Of a DNA stretch of 64,000 bases, positions 47,907-59,380 are shown one piece after another; position 1 is the first letter of the stretch; each line of letters starts with the position of its first letter. The notes beneath the pieces were generated by a model. That model worked only from the letters and a program-made list of their open reading frames with translations. It was not told the origin of the DNA and did not search any database. Origin of the DNA: Clostridia bacterium (GTDB taxonomy: Bacteria > Bacillota > Clostridia > HGM11514). Location of the stretch: assembly GCA_045586685.1 (NCBI GenBank), contig JAZNAU010000038.1, positions 1 to 64,000 on the forward strand. Reading direction: 5' to 3'. A program made the position numbers and the translations under genes.

Positions 47907-49706
47907 ATGAATCAAAAAAACATTAGAAATTTTTGTATTATCGCCCATATTGACCACGGAAAATCCACTTTGGCAGACCGGCTTTTGGAAATTACGGGTG
48001 ATGTCAGCCAAAGAGAAATGGAACAACAGCTCCTTGACAATATGGATTTGGAACGGGAAAGAGGAATTACCATTAAAGCCCGTGCCGTCCGTTTGGTTCA
48101 CAAAGCAAAGGACGGAGAAGAATATATTCTGAATCTGATTGACACACCAGGACATGTTGACTTTAATTATGAAGTTTCCCGTTCTCTTGCAGCCTGTGAA
48201 GGTGCCATTTTGGTGGTAGATGCAGTGCAGAGTATTCAGGCACAAACCCTTGCCAACACCTACCTTGCCGTGGATCATGGATTGGAATTGTTGCCTGTTA
48301 TCAACAAGATTGATTTGCCCAGTGCACGGCCCGATTATGTAAAAGAAGAAATAGAAAATATTATCGGAATTGAGGCAACAGATGCTCCGTTAATTTCTGC
48401 CAAAAACGGAATTGGAATTGAGGAAGTTTTAGAGCAAATTATACAAAAAATTCCCGCACCCGAAGGTGACAAAACCAAACCCCTTCAGGCATTGATTTTT
48501 GATTCCTATTATGATGCTTACAAAGGGGTCATTGTCTATGTCAGAGTGGTCGAGGGAACCTTAAAATCCGGTGATATGATTCGGATGATGGCAACGGATA
48601 AAACCTTTGAAGTAGTAGAGGTAGGTTACTTAAAAGCAAACGGCACCGTGCTTTCCGACAAGCTCTCTGCCGGCGAGGTTGGATATATTGCCGCCTCTAT
48701 CAAAACTATGTCAGACACCCGCGTAGGTGACACGATTACCACTGCAAAAAACGGAGCAGTGGCGCCTTTGCCCGGTTATCAACAGGTAAACCCCATAGTT
48801 TTCTGCGGAATCTATCCTGCTGACGGTGCCAGATATGACGATTTAAGAGAAGCCCTATTAAAATTGCAGTTAAATGATGCCTCTCTGGTATTCGAACCGG
48901 AAACCTCCCTTGCTCTTGGATTTGGTTTCCGATGCGGATTTTTAGGACTTTTACACATGGAAATTATTCAGGAACGGCTGGAACGGGAATACAATTTGGA
49001 TCTGGTTACCACCGCGCCCAGCGTTATCTATAACGTATATAAAACCAATGGTGAAATGGTGGAAATTTCCAATCCTGCAAACCTTCCTCCCATAGCTGAA
49101 ATCGACCATATTGATGAACCTATGGCAAAGGCAGTGATTATGACTCCTACCGACTATGTGGGCAACATTATGGAGCTTTGTCAGGAACGTCGGGGTATTT
49201 TTAAGGATATGCAATATATTGATACCGACCGTGCAAGTCTTCACTATATTTTGCCTTTAAACGAAATTATCTATGATTTTTTTGATACTTTGAAATCATT
49301 GTCACGGGGATATGCTTCTTTCGACTACGAACTGTCCGATTATCAACCCTCTAAATTGGTAAAACTGGACATTTTGTTAAACGGAGATATGGTAGATGCC
49401 ATGTCCTTCATCGTTCATGAGGGAAAAGCTTATGCACGGGGACGTAGAATTGCAGAAAAATTAAAAGAAGTCATTCCCAGACAGCTGTTTGAAATTCCCA
49501 TTCAAGCAGCAATTGGCAGTAAAATCATTGCCCGCGAAACGGTAAAAGCAATGAGAAAAGATGTACTTGCCAAGTGCTACGGCGGTGACATTACCAGAAA
49601 GAAAAAATTACTGGAAAAACAGAAGGAAGGAAAGAAACGGATGCGTCAGGTGGGCAGTGTAACGGTTCCTCAGGAAGCCTTTATGTCCATTCTGAAACCC
49701 GATTGA
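47907..49706 (+). CDS. lepA: Elongation factor 4 (LepA)
   Basis: [42 protein letters not shown]. Confidence 0.98.
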   Translation: MNQKNIRNFCIIAHIDHGKSTLADRLLEITGDVSQREMEQQLLDNMDLERERGITIKARAVRLVHKAKDGEEYILNLIDTPGHVDFNYEVSRSLAACEGAILVVDAVQSIQAQTLANTYLAVDHGLELLPVINKIDLPSARPDYVKEEIENIIGIEATDAPLISAKNGIGIEEVLEQIIQKIPAPEGDKTKPLQALIFDSYYDAYKGVIVYVRVVEGTLKSGDMIRMMATDKTFEVVEVGYLKANGTVLSDKLSAGEVGYIAASIKTMSDTRVGDTITTAKNGAVAPLPGYQQVNPIVFCGIYPADGARYDDLREALLKLQLNDASLVFEPETSLALGFGFRCGFLGLLHMEIIQERLEREYNLDLVTTAPSVIYNVYKTNGEMVEISNPANLPPIAEIDHIDEPMAKAVIMTPTDYVGNIMELCQERRGIFKDMQYIDTDRASLHYILPLNEIIYDFFDTLKSLSRGYASFDYELSDYQPSKLVKLDILLNGDMVDAMSFIVHEGKAYARGRRIAEKLKEVIPRQLFEIPIQAAIGSKIIARETVKAMRKDVLAKCYGGDITRKKKLLEKQKEGKKRMRQVGSVTVPQEAFMSILKPD

Positions 49707-49714
49707 TTACAGTT

Positions 49715-50821
49715 ATGAAAGGACTTTATCTTCACATTCCCTTTTGCAAATCAAAATGCCCGTATTGCGACTTTAATTCCTATCAAGGAAAAGAAGAACT
49801 GATGCAGGAATATGTGTCCGCAATGCTCCATCATATTCGACAAAGTAAAGAACAAATTCCAAATCGATTCGACACAATTTTTATTGGCGGTGGTACCCCC
49901 ACCGCCCTTTCTGATTCTTTACTGAAGGAATTACTGTATAATTTACGAACTCTTTTCCCGGATACCGTTTCAGAATTCACCGTTGAAGCAAATCCCAAAA
50001 CTTTGACAAAGGAAAAAATGCGGATTCTAAGTGGCTATGGCGTGAACCGCATGAGCTTAGGTTTACAAGCTTGGCAGAATTCATTATTACAAACATTAGG
50101 CAGGACTCATACAAGAGAAGATTTTTTAGAAAGCTTAGAGATGATTTTCGCATCAGGTATCAACAATGTAAATGCCGATGTCATGTATGGCTTACCAAAC
50201 CAAACAATAGACAACTGGCAGGAAACGCTGGAAAGCTTAACCGCTTTGGAGTTGCCTCATATTTCCTGTTACTCCCTTACCATTGCAGAAGGTACACCTT
50301 TTTCTCAAAAACTCCCCGCTCCCTTGCCCGACGAAGAAACGGAACGGGAAATGAATCATTTGTCGAAAAAGATTTTGTCAAAAAAGGATATTTTTCGATA
50401 CGAAATATCAAATTACGCCAAGACAGGTTGGGAATGTAAGCACAATCTGATTTACTGGAAGGGTCAGGAGTATGCCGCCTTCGGTGCAGGGGCAAGCGGA
50501 TACTTGCAGGGAATCCGATATACATGGGAGGAAAATCCGGAGGCTTACATCCGTCACGTCAACGAAAATACCATTTTGCCCTATGTACAAGAACAGGTAA
50601 TGGATTTTTTGGGAGAAAGCATTATGCTTCGTTTGAGACTGACAGAGGGTGTCAACTTTTTAGAGATGGAACAGCAATTCGGTCCTCATTGGATAACCCC
50701 CTACGAAGATGTCCTTCAAAAGCACATCAACAACGGTTTACTCCAAAAAAACCAACACAGTTTTGCTCTTACCGATTACGGCTTCGATCTTGCCAATTAT
50801 GTCATGGCAGACTTTGTGTAA
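49715..50821 (+). CDS. hemW: Radical SAM heme chaperone HemW (HemN-like)
   Basis: LYLHIPFC..KC.YCDF, GGGTP, YEISN, HN..YW; follows lepA. Confidence 0.92.
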   Translation: MKGLYLHIPFCKSKCPYCDFNSYQGKEELMQEYVSAMLHHIRQSKEQIPNRFDTIFIGGGTPTALSDSLLKELLYNLRTLFPDTVSEFTVEANPKTLTKEKMRILSGYGVNRMSLGLQAWQNSLLQTLGRTHTREDFLESLEMIFASGINNVNADVMYGLPNQTIDNWQETLESLTALELPHISCYSLTIAEGTPFSQKLPAPLPDEETEREMNHLSKKILSKKDIFRYEISNYAKTGWECKHNLIYWKGQEYAAFGAGASGYLQGIRYTWEENPEAYIRHVNENTILPYVQEQVMDFLGESIMLRLRLTEGVNFLEMEQQFGPHWITPYEDVLQKHINNGLLQKNQHSFALTDYGFDLANYVMADFV

Positions 50822-51095
50822 AGCGACGCATTTTAAGACGATTTAAGGCACCTTTTTTTCTTGCCGTATCCTAATATTATTTTTAAAAATCAAGTCTTAT
50901 TTGACCAATTTTAGGGGTGTTTTTAAGACACCCCCTTTTTACTCCCTAAATTTTACCATTTTTTGTGTTATATTTTCCATTTATTTCAAAATATTGGTAT
51001 TTTTTTGCCCCGTTTTTAAAAAAAATTTAAAAAAATTTTTATTTTCTCTATCCCGCATAGTTCCTGTGTTTTTCGTAAAGCACGAGCAACCATTT

Positions 51096-51149
51096 TGCAA
51101 CATTTTTGTAATAAAGGGGTTGACAAAACCCTTTCCTTTGGTTTATAAT
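51096..51149 (+). promoter_or_regulatory. Sigma-A promoter with an upstream WalR-like direct repeat
   Basis: TGCAAC-N5-TGTAAT (51096-51112) just upstream of TTGACA-18-TATAAT. Confidence 0.55.
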
Positions 51150-51186
51150 ACGCAGTGTTCGAAAAAAACGACAGGAGGTCAAAGTT

Positions 51187-52221
51187 ATGTTGCAGAACAA
51201 AACGGCATCCTTTCACAGAGTATTTTTCTGTGTGATTGCCGCCATTGTACTTCTGCTGAGTATGATGATCACAACCGGTTTTACCACGATCAAACACGTC
51301 ACCATTGATGACGGGTCGGGAGAACTCAGAACTGCTGTTACCATGAAAGGAACAGTCAGTGCGATTTTAGCAGAGCAAAACATTAAAATTAAAAAAGGTG
51401 ATATTGTAACACCCGCATTAAATTCTAAAGTGTTGCGGGACCAGCAGATTTCCATTCAAAGAGCAGCACAGGTGGTTATGACCATTGACGGTGCATCCAC
51501 CACATATTATTCCGTTGCTCGCACAGTAGGAGAATTCTTAGACGAAGCCAATATTGTTGTTGGTGAACATGACGGATTCAACGCTACTATGGCAGATGCC
51601 ATAAAGCCCGGAATGAACCTTACCATCGACCGTGTCAATGAGTATCACTACACCGTTGATGAAGCCATTCCCTTTGTTGTAAAAGAAACCAGCACCTATT
51701 CTCTTCCTAAGGGTGAACACAATGTTGTTCAACAAGGTCAGGCAGGGGTTATGCAAAGACAGTATGTTGCCCGTTACGAAAACGGTGTAAAGATTTCAGA
51801 AGAATTGATCAGCGAATCAATCACCCAACAGCCTGTTGATGAAATAAGAGAAACAGGATTGTTAGATGTGGTTCCCACCTCTGCGGGTAATATCGCAGTT
51901 CGTGCTACCTACTACATGCAGGCAACAGGATACGACATAGGCTATGAAAGCTGTGGAAAGTTCCCTGGGGATCCCCTTTACGGAATTACAGCTACCGGAA
52001 TTCGTGCAACTTATGGCGTTGTAGCAGTAGACCCCAGAGTAATTCCTTTAGGCTCCAAGCTGTTTATTCAGACTACCGACGGTTCCTTTACCTACGGCTA
52101 TGCCTTAGCGGCAGATACCGGCGGTGCAATCAAAGGAAACAGAATTGATTTGTGCTTTGATTCCAGACAGGATGCGCTGAATTTTGGCAGACGCGATGTT
52201 GTTGTCTATGTTTTAAACTAA
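51187..52221 (+). CDS. YabE/RpfB-like cell-wall protein (DUF348 repeats, G5, 3D domain)
   Basis: TM anchor, TV...L repeats, G5 (Q.G..G), 3D domain (VAVDPRVIPLG, A.DTGGAIKGNRIDL). Confidence 0.9.
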   Translation: MLQNKTASFHRVFFCVIAAIVLLLSMMITTGFTTIKHVTIDDGSGELRTAVTMKGTVSAILAEQNIKIKKGDIVTPALNSKVLRDQQISIQRAAQVVMTIDGASTTYYSVARTVGEFLDEANIVVGEHDGFNATMADAIKPGMNLTIDRVNEYHYTVDEAIPFVVKETSTYSLPKGEHNVVQQGQAGVMQRQYVARYENGVKISEELISESITQQPVDEIRETGLLDVVPTSAGNIAVRATYYMQATGYDIGYESCGKFPGDPLYGITATGIRATYGVVAVDPRVIPLGSKLFIQTTDGSFTYGYALAADTGGAIKGNRIDLCFDSRQDALNFGRRDVVVYVLN

Positions 52222-52281
52222 ACTGAACACATAATGAACGGGTCCTTTAGATCCGTTCATTTTTCCGTTCAAAAAAGGAGA

Positions 52282-53157
52282 ATGGACATGAATCCCTTAG
52301 CAAACCCAAAAATTATTAAACATATCATGCAAAAAAACGGTTTGCAGTTTAACAAACGCTACGGTCAGAACTTTCTGACAGATGAAGGTGTATTGCATAC
52401 CATTGCAGACGGTGCCCGTATTTCAAACAAAAACGTTCTGGAAATCGGACCTGGTTTAGGAACTCTTACCTGGGAACTTGCCTCTCGGGCAAACAAGGTG
52501 GTTTCGGTTGAAATTGACAAAGGATTGACTGAAGTTCTGGAAGATACCTTACAGGAATTTGATAATGTCACGGTGCTCCATCAGGATATTTTAAAAACCG
52601 ATTTAAAGAAATTGGTAGAACAGGAATTCGGAGGAACACCCCCTACCCTTGCTGCCAATCTGCCTTATTACATCACCACCCCCATTATCATGTATCTGTT
52701 GGAATCAGGCATTTCCTTTCCCAACATAGTCATCATGATTCAGAAGGAGGTGGCAGAGCGTATTGCCGCCAAACCAGGCGGTAAGGATTACGGCGTACTG
52801 ACCATTGGGGTGAACTTTTACGCAGAACCCGAAATTCTTTGTCACGTTCCGGCAGAATCCTTTGTTCCAGCACCCAATGTTGATTCCGTGGTTCTCTCCT
52901 TAACCCCCAGACCCCACCCTACCTGTAAGCCTCAAAATGAGCAAGCATTTTTCACCGTAGTGAAAGGGGCATTTGCTCAGCGTAGAAAAACACTGTTAAA
53001 CTCCTTATGCGGTGCAGGTTGTTTCAAAGGCTCAAAGCAAGATATTGCCGCATCTGTTTTAGAAGCCGGAATCGATGCAGGACTTCGAGGTGAAGCTCTT
53101 TCCATGGAACAGCTCTGCAATTTAGCGGATGTTTTTTGCAAAAATAAGCTAATTTAA
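52282..53157 (+). CDS. rsmA: 16S rRNA dimethyladenosine transferase
   Basis: GQNFL.D, LEIGPGLG.LT, ANLPYYITTP, QKEVAER, F.QRRKTL.N. Confidence 0.97.
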   Translation: MDMNPLANPKIIKHIMQKNGLQFNKRYGQNFLTDEGVLHTIADGARISNKNVLEIGPGLGTLTWELASRANKVVSVEIDKGLTEVLEDTLQEFDNVTVLHQDILKTDLKKLVEQEFGGTPPTLAANLPYYITTPIIMYLLESGISFPNIVIMIQKEVAERIAAKPGGKDYGVLTIGVNFYAEPEILCHVPAESFVPAPNVDSVVLSLTPRPHPTCKPQNEQAFFTVVKGAFAQRRKTLLNSLCGAGCFKGSKQDIAASVLEAGIDAGLRGEALSMEQLCNLADVFCKNKLI

Positions 53158-53297
53158 AATAAATTCTTACGTATTTTTTGGTTTTTTTGTATAATTTTTC
53201 TTAAAAAATAGAAAAATTTCAAAAAAACCATTTACTTTTTTGAGATTTTGTAGTATAATAAATACCAAATGGCGCTTTAACGAAAGGAGTTTTTATT

Positions 53298-55052
53298 ATG
53301 ACTAACAATAAAGCTGTTCTGGCATGGCTGGAAGAAATGAAAGCGATGACCAATCCGGATCAGGTAATCTGGTATACCGGCTCTGCTGAACAAAAAGCAG
53401 AATTGACAAAGCAGGCTGTGGCAGAAGGAACTTTGATTGAACTCAATCAGGAAAAATTGCCCGGTTGCTATCTGCACAGAACAAAGGAAAATGACGTAGC
53501 CCGCGTGGAAGACCGCACCTTCATCTGCACTACCAACAAAGAAGATGCAGGCCCCATCAACAACTGGATGGCTCCCGCTGATGCATACAAAATGCTGGGT
53601 GATTTGTATAAGGATTCCATGAAAGGCAAAACCATGTATGTAGTTCCCTTCATCATGGGTGTTCCCGGTTCCCCCTTTGCAAAGGTGGGTATCGAATTAA
53701 CCGACAGTATCTATGTTGTACTGAATATGGATATCATGACCCGTGCAGGGAATGTTGCTCTGGATGAACTGGGTGACAGTGATGATTTCACAAAGTGTCT
53801 CCATGCAAGCAAGGATATTAACGCTGATGAAAGATATATCGTTCACTTCCCTGAAGACAACACCATTTGGAGCATCAACTCCAACTATGGCGGTAACGTT
53901 TTGTTGGGCAAAAAATGTCTGGCTCTGAGAATTGCAAGCTATCTGGGTAAACAGGAAGGCTGGATGGCAGAACATATGCTCATCTTAGGTCTGGAAAATC
54001 CGAAAGGTGAAAAGCACTATATTGCTGCTGCATTCCCCAGTGCTTGCGGTAAGACCAATCTGGCAATGCTGATTCCTCCCCTGTCCGGTTACAAAGTAAC
54101 CACAGTTGGTGACGATATTGCATGGTTAAGAGTTGGTGAAGACGGAAGATTGTGGGCTGTGAATCCCGAAGCAGGTTTCTTCGGTGTTGCTCCCGGAACC
54201 TCCTCTAAAACAAACAAAAATGCTCTGGAAACAACCATGAGCAATACTATTTTCACAAATGTTGCCTTGAAGCCTGATGGTACTGTTTGGTGGGAAGGCA
54301 TGGACGGCGATGTCCCCGAAGAATGCATTGACTGGAAGGGAAACCCCTGGACAAAAGAAATGGGCGAGCAAGGCATCAAGGCTGCTCATCCCAACTCCAG
54401 ATTTACTGCTCCTGCGGCTCAATGCCCCTGCATTTCTCCTGAATTCAGCAGTCCTGCAGGTGTACCGATTTCTGCTATTGTATTTGGCGGAAGACGTGCA
54501 AAGACCGCTCCTTTGGTATATCAGTCCTTTAACTGGCAACATGGTGTATTTGTTGGTGCTACCATGGCTTCTGAAACCACTGCAGCTGCCGCTGGTGCTG
54601 TAGGTGTTATCAGACGCGACCCCATGGCAATGCGTCCTTTCACCGGTTACCACATGGGTGACTATTTCAAACATTGGCTGGAAATGGGCAAAAAGATTCC
54701 CAATGCTCCTAAGATTTTCCACGTTAACTGGTTTAAGCAAAATGATCAGGGTAAGTTTATCTGGCCCGGATTTGGTGATAACTTACGTGTACTGAACTGG
54801 ATTTTGGACCGTTGCGATGGTAAGGTTGATGCAACCGAAACTGCTATCGGTTATTTGCCCAAAGCAGAGGATCTGGATATTTCCGGTCTGAATCTGTCTG
54901 ATGAAGTAATGGCAGAATTACTGTCCGTTGACAAAAACGCATGGTTGGAAGATGTTGCAAACCAGAAAGAATTCTTTGCACCTTTGGGTGACAGAATGCC
55001 CGCTGAACTGTTGGAAGAACAGGCCGCTCTGGAAGCAAGACTGTCCAAATAA
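53298..55052 (+). CDS. pckG: Phosphoenolpyruvate carboxykinase (GTP)
   Basis: DVARVE, YGGN.LLGKKC, AFPSACGKTNLAM, GDDIAW, NPEAGFFGVAPGT, HPNSRF. Confidence 0.97.
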   Translation: MTNNKAVLAWLEEMKAMTNPDQVIWYTGSAEQKAELTKQAVAEGTLIELNQEKLPGCYLHRTKENDVARVEDRTFICTTNKEDAGPINNWMAPADAYKMLGDLYKDSMKGKTMYVVPFIMGVPGSPFAKVGIELTDSIYVVLNMDIMTRAGNVALDELGDSDDFTKCLHASKDINADERYIVHFPEDNTIWSINSNYGGNVLLGKKCLALRIASYLGKQEGWMAEHMLILGLENPKGEKHYIAAAFPSACGKTNLAMLIPPLSGYKVTTVGDDIAWLRVGEDGRLWAVNPEAGFFGVAPGTSSKTNKNALETTMSNTIFTNVALKPDGTVWWEGMDGDVPEECIDWKGNPWTKEMGEQGIKAAHPNSRFTAPAAQCPCISPEFSSPAGVPISAIVFGGRRAKTAPLVYQSFNWQHGVFVGATMASETTAAAAGAVGVIRRDPMAMRPFTGYHMGDYFKHWLEMGKKIPNAPKIFHVNWFKQNDQGKFIWPGFGDNLRVLNWILDRCDGKVDATETAIGYLPKAEDLDISGLNLSDEVMAELLSVDKNAWLEDVANQKEFFAPLGDRMPAELLEEQAALEARLSK

Positions 55053-55067
55053 GTATAAAATCTCTTT

Positions 55068-55100
55068 AAAGGCAATCACACAGTAGTGATTGCCTTTTTT
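55068..55100 (+). terminator. Terminator of pckG
   Basis: GGCAATCAC/GTGATTGCC hairpin followed by T6. Confidence 0.85.
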
Positions 55101-55182
55101 ATGTATTTCAAACAAATTTATTTGACAGTTTTTTTGTTTTATGGTATAATAATTTTATGTTATGGGAAAGGATTTTGTCAGT

Positions 55183-56847
55183 ATGAAACGCAGAAAAATT
55201 TTTCTTTATGTATTTGGAATTTTAATGATTGCTATGGTAGCACTTGCCGGAAGCAAGGGCTTTTTTTCTGATCCCGCCTATTTTATGGAAAGGCTGACTC
55301 ATAAAGTACAACAAAAATATTATGCCTTGACAAAATCGGAGCCCGAAATTCAGGAGGAAATTATCACCACGGCTGACCACCATAAGGTATTGGTGGATCA
55401 TCCAAAGGGCTACAGTGTTGCCTTCCCTGAAAACATGAGCTTTGACCGCTCTATTGCCCCTGAACAAATTAAGGCATATAATGATTCCGTAACTGTTGTT
55501 GTCACTCGGGAATGGGCACCTTATGAAGATGTATTTTTCTTTATAGACCATTATCTGAACAATTATTACTTAAACGAAACCTTTATTGCCCAAAACAACA
55601 TTTCCATTGAACGGAACGAAACCTTTCAAATGGAAAACGGTGCCAGAGCACAACTTATTTCCCTTACCCGCACCCCTTCGGAAGGCTCAAAAGTTACCCA
55701 AAACGCATATACCTACTTTTTTGTTGAATCCATAACGGGAAAACAAGCATTTTTCCGTATGATGTTTAAAGGAAAAAGTCACGAGGAACTGAACCCAATC
55801 GTTGAAGAAGCCGTTTCTTCCTTTGAGGAAATTTCCATAAAGGGTGGAAATGTATTTCATGCTGATTTTGCTCCCGTCATTCCTGAAAGCTGGAATAAAG
55901 AAACCACTGAGCTTTATAAAAATATCAAAACCTCAAAAGATATGAAATGGGGTTTATTTGTGGACGGCTCTTATACTGATGATAAAAAATATCAATGGTT
56001 TGATGATTTGGAAAAGAAGGTTGACTATACCTTTGATTTCAGCCTTCACTATGTAAACTTAAATCATGGTTTTCCTGTGGAAGAATTACAAAAAATGTAC
56101 GATAAAGGAAAACTGACCGAGCTTACCCTGCAAATTTCTTATCATGCCAACGACAATTTGTTTGGTAAAAACATCAATCTGGATTTGTATGACGGAATGT
56201 ATGATGAAGAAATCCGTGAATTTGCCCGCGGTGCAAAAGAGTTTGGTCATCCTTTCCTATTCCGCTTAAATAACGAAATGAACAGTGATTGGGTGAATTA
56301 CTCCGGCGTTGCCGCCCTTTCCGATCCGGATATTTTTATTGACAACTGGCAGAGAATTTACCGGATTTTTGAAGAAGAAGGGGTTGACAATGCCATCTGG
56401 ATTTTTAATCCTAATGCAGAGGATTGCCCTCCCTGTCATTGGAACTCGTACATTTCTTATTATCCAGGAAATGAATATGTTCACATGATTGGTCTGACAG
56501 GATATAATACGGGCACTTATTATGCCGAATTGTATCATGAAAAATGGCGTACTTTTGATGAAATCTATCGGGAGCCTTATGACAAATATATGAATGTATT
56601 TTCTGAATTCCCCTTTATTATTACCGAATTCGCCTCAAGCTCAAAAGGCGGTGACAAAGCAGAATGGATTACACAGATGTTTTCCTCTATGAAAGAGTAT
56701 CCCAATATTAAAATGGCTCTTTGGTGGTCCAGTGCCGACTACGATATGAGGGAGGAGTTTTATAAAACCTTAGCCCGACCCTACTGGTTGGACGAGACGG
56801 AAGAAACCACAAATGCATTCCGCGAAGGAGTCAAGGAATATAAATAA
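55183..56847 (+). CDS. Membrane-anchored glycoside hydrolase family 26 protein
   Basis: N-terminal TM; FRLNNEMN..W acid/base, YYPG..YV...G..GYN, ITEF nucleophile. Confidence 0.8.
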   Translation: MKRRKIFLYVFGILMIAMVALAGSKGFFSDPAYFMERLTHKVQQKYYALTKSEPEIQEEIITTADHHKVLVDHPKGYSVAFPENMSFDRSIAPEQIKAYNDSVTVVVTREWAPYEDVFFFIDHYLNNYYLNETFIAQNNISIERNETFQMENGARAQLISLTRTPSEGSKVTQNAYTYFFVESITGKQAFFRMMFKGKSHEELNPIVEEAVSSFEEISIKGGNVFHADFAPVIPESWNKETTELYKNIKTSKDMKWGLFVDGSYTDDKKYQWFDDLEKKVDYTFDFSLHYVNLNHGFPVEELQKMYDKGKLTELTLQISYHANDNLFGKNINLDLYDGMYDEEIREFARGAKEFGHPFLFRLNNEMNSDWVNYSGVAALSDPDIFIDNWQRIYRIFEEEGVDNAIWIFNPNAEDCPPCHWNSYISYYPGNEYVHMIGLTGYNTGTYYAELYHEKWRTFDEIYREPYDKYMNVFSEFPFIITEFASSSKGGDKAEWITQMFSSMKEYPNIKMALWWSSADYDMREEFYKTLARPYWLDETEETTNAFREGVKEYK

Positions 56848-56868
56848 ACCACAAATGGAGGGAATTCT

Positions 56869-57978
56869 ATGTTTGGTCCAAAGAACAGACAATTGGGATT
56901 TGGTTTTATGCGTCTTCCCATGAACGATAATGATGTAGATTATGCCCTGACATGTCGCATGGTGGATTATTTTATAGAAAACGGTTTTTGCTATTTTGAT
57001 ACTGCAAAGGGGTATCTTGACGGAAAAAGCGAAATTGCGATTCAAAAATGCCTGACCTCTCGTTATCCGAGAGAACGCTATCTTCTGGCGAACAAGCTTT
57101 CCACCAATTTTTTTGAATCAAAGGAAGAAATCCGTCCCCTCTTTGAAGAACAGCTAAAAGCCTGCGGTGTGGATTATTTTGATTTTTATCTGATGCATTG
57201 TCAAAATAAAATGTTATATGAAAAGTATAAAAAATGCGAAGCATACGAAACAGCATTGGAATTGAAAAAAGAGGGAAAATTTAAGCATTTTGGCATTTCC
57301 TTTCACGATACACCTGAAATGCTGGAGCAAATTTTAATGGAGTATCCTCAAATTGAGGTAGTGCAGATTCAGTTTAATTATGCCGATTATGAAAGTCCGT
57401 TGATTCAATCAAGAAGATGCTACGAGGTATGCCGTAAATTTAATAAACCGGTTATTGTTATGGAACCGGTCAAGGGCGGCAGTCTTGTCAATCTCCCCCA
57501 TCAGGCAAAAAAAGTTCTGGAGGAGCTTCAGAGCGGCAGTGTGGCAAGTTTTGCTATTCGATTTGCAGCGGGCTTTGAAGAAGTGAAAATGGTACTCTCA
57601 GGTATGGGCAGTATGGAAATAATGACGGATAATGTAAAATCAATAATGAATTTTTCTCCTTTGGACAAAAAAGAACAAGAAACAATCAAACAGGTATGCT
57701 CCATTCTTGATTCTGAGAATTTGATTGCTTGTACCTCCTGCCGTTACTGCACAGAGGGCTGTCCGAAAAATATTCTGATTTCTGATTTATTTGCATGTAT
57801 GAATAACAAATCCATATGGAAAAATTGGAGTGGAAGGTATTTTTACAACATTTATACCAAAAACAACGGAAAGGCAAAGGATTGTATTGGTTGCGGAAAA
57901 TGCGAACAGAGTTGTCCTCAACAGCTACCCATCCGCACACTGTTAAAAGACGTATCAAAGGAATTTGATCAATCATAA
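56869..57978 (+). CDS. Aldo/keto reductase with C-terminal 4Fe-4S dicluster
   Basis: LGFG.MRLP, YFDTA..Y, VMEPVKGG, CTSCRYC...CP, CIGCGKCE..CPQ. Confidence 0.92.
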   Translation: MFGPKNRQLGFGFMRLPMNDNDVDYALTCRMVDYFIENGFCYFDTAKGYLDGKSEIAIQKCLTSRYPRERYLLANKLSTNFFESKEEIRPLFEEQLKACGVDYFDFYLMHCQNKMLYEKYKKCEAYETALELKKEGKFKHFGISFHDTPEMLEQILMEYPQIEVVQIQFNYADYESPLIQSRRCYEVCRKFNKPVIVMEPVKGGSLVNLPHQAKKVLEELQSGSVASFAIRFAAGFEEVKMVLSGMGSMEIMTDNVKSIMNFSPLDKKEQETIKQVCSILDSENLIACTSCRYCTEGCPKNILISDLFACMNNKSIWKNWSGRYFYNIYTKNNGKAKDCIGCGKCEQSCPQQLPIRTLLKDVSKEFDQS

Positions 57979-58026
57979 AAATGGAAAGGGTTTGTAGTAA
58001 AATTTTGCTGCAAACCCTTTTTTATT

Positions 58027-59358
58027 TTATCGAGATGGGCGATCAAAAAAATCTTTTGTCAGCTCTTTTACTCTATTACTTAGGAAAAACAAGGCAATCA
58101 GGTTGGGTACTGCCATAAGTCCGTTAAAAAAATCTGCCAGCTCCCAAACGGTTGTCAGCCTCATGACACACCCAAAAAATATTAAAATAATATAAATACC
58201 CCGATACCAGGCAAGAGCCTCCCCTCCTACCAGATACTCCATACAGGTTTCACCGTAATAATACCATGCGATAACGGTTGCAAAGGCAAACAAGGTAAGA
58301 GAAAAAGGAACCACAAATTTCCCTAAAGGAAATGCGCAAGAAAAAACAGATTGTAATAACAATTCCCCTGATTGCTCCAAATACAACTGCGAACTTAACA
58401 AAACAAGGGCGGTAACAGTGCACATGACAATGGTATCAAAAAATACTTCAAAAGCACCCCACATCCCCTGTCTGACAGGGTGGTCTGTATTTGCGGTAGA
58501 ATGAGCAATGGGAGCACTTCCCAACCCCGCTTCATTGGTAAATATTCCACGGGCAACACCTATACGGATTGCCTTTCCAATTCCTGTTCCCATCAAACCA
58601 CCCCCTACAGCCTGTACCGTAAATGCATTACGAAAAATCATGGAAAACGCATTTCCGATTCCCGCTCTTTGCTGAAACAACACGATCCCCGCACTTATCA
58701 TATAAAAAAGTGCCATAAAGGGCACCAGAAATGATGTGACACCGGCAATTCTCTGCATTCCGCCAATCAGCACCAGACCTGCAAGGAGAGCCGCAATCAA
58801 TCCCGTCATCCAAAAAGGAATGCCAAACACCTGATAAAGTCCTCCTGCCATGGCATTGGACTGCACCATGTTTCCAACACCAAAGGAACAAAAAACACCA
58901 AATACACAAAATAAAAAGCTGAGCTTTTTGCTTCCAAGTCCTTTTTCTATGTAATACATCGGACCTCCCTTCCATTCCCCACTTTTATTTTTTTCACGAT
59001 ATGCAACAGCCAATGTAACCTCCGAAAATTTAGTCATCATCCCAATCAGGGCAGAAACCCACATCCAAAAGATCGCTCCTGCTCCCCCTTGCATCAAGGC
59101 AACCGAAACACCTACAATATTTCCCGTTCCCACCGTTGCCGCCAGAGCCGTTGACAATGCCTGAAAAGAAGAAATCTCTCCCTTTGTCCCCTTCGAGGGC
59201 CTGAACAAGGAGAAAAGAGTGGAAGAAAGCACCGTTTTCCATTTGCGAAATAATATTCCTTTGGTATTTCCAATTAAATATATCCCACATCCTGACATGA
59301 GAATCATCATAGGAATTCCCCATAATATGGTTTCGTTCCACCATTGTAATAGTTTCAT
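58027..59358 (-). CDS. Alanine/glycine:cation symporter (AGCS/AlsT)
   Basis: LAATVGTGNI, GGAGAIFWMW, GGPMYYI, RGIFTNEAGLGS, DTIVMCTVT. Confidence 0.93.
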   Translation of the reverse strand: MKLLQWWNETILWGIPMMILMSGCGIYLIGNTKGILFRKWKTVLSSTLFSLFRPSKGTKGEISSFQALSTALAATVGTGNIVGVSVALMQGGAGAIFWMWVSALIGMMTKFSEVTLAVAYREKNKSGEWKGGPMYYIEKGLGSKKLSFLFCVFGVFCSFGVGNMVQSNAMAGGLYQVFGIPFWMTGLIAALLAGLVLIGGMQRIAGVTSFLVPFMALFYMISAGIVLFQQRAGIGNAFSMIFRNAFTVQAVGGGLMGTGIGKAIRIGVARGIFTNEAGLGSAPIAHSTANTDHPVRQGMWGAFEVFFDTIVMCTVTALVLLSSQLYLEQSGELLLQSVFSCAFPLGKFVVPFSLTLFAFATVIAWYYYGETCMEYLVGGEALAWYRGIYIILIFFGCVMRLTTVWELADFFNGLMAVPNLIALFFLSNRVKELTKDFFDRPSR

Positions 59359-59380
59359 TTTATTTCACCCCTCTCCTCTT

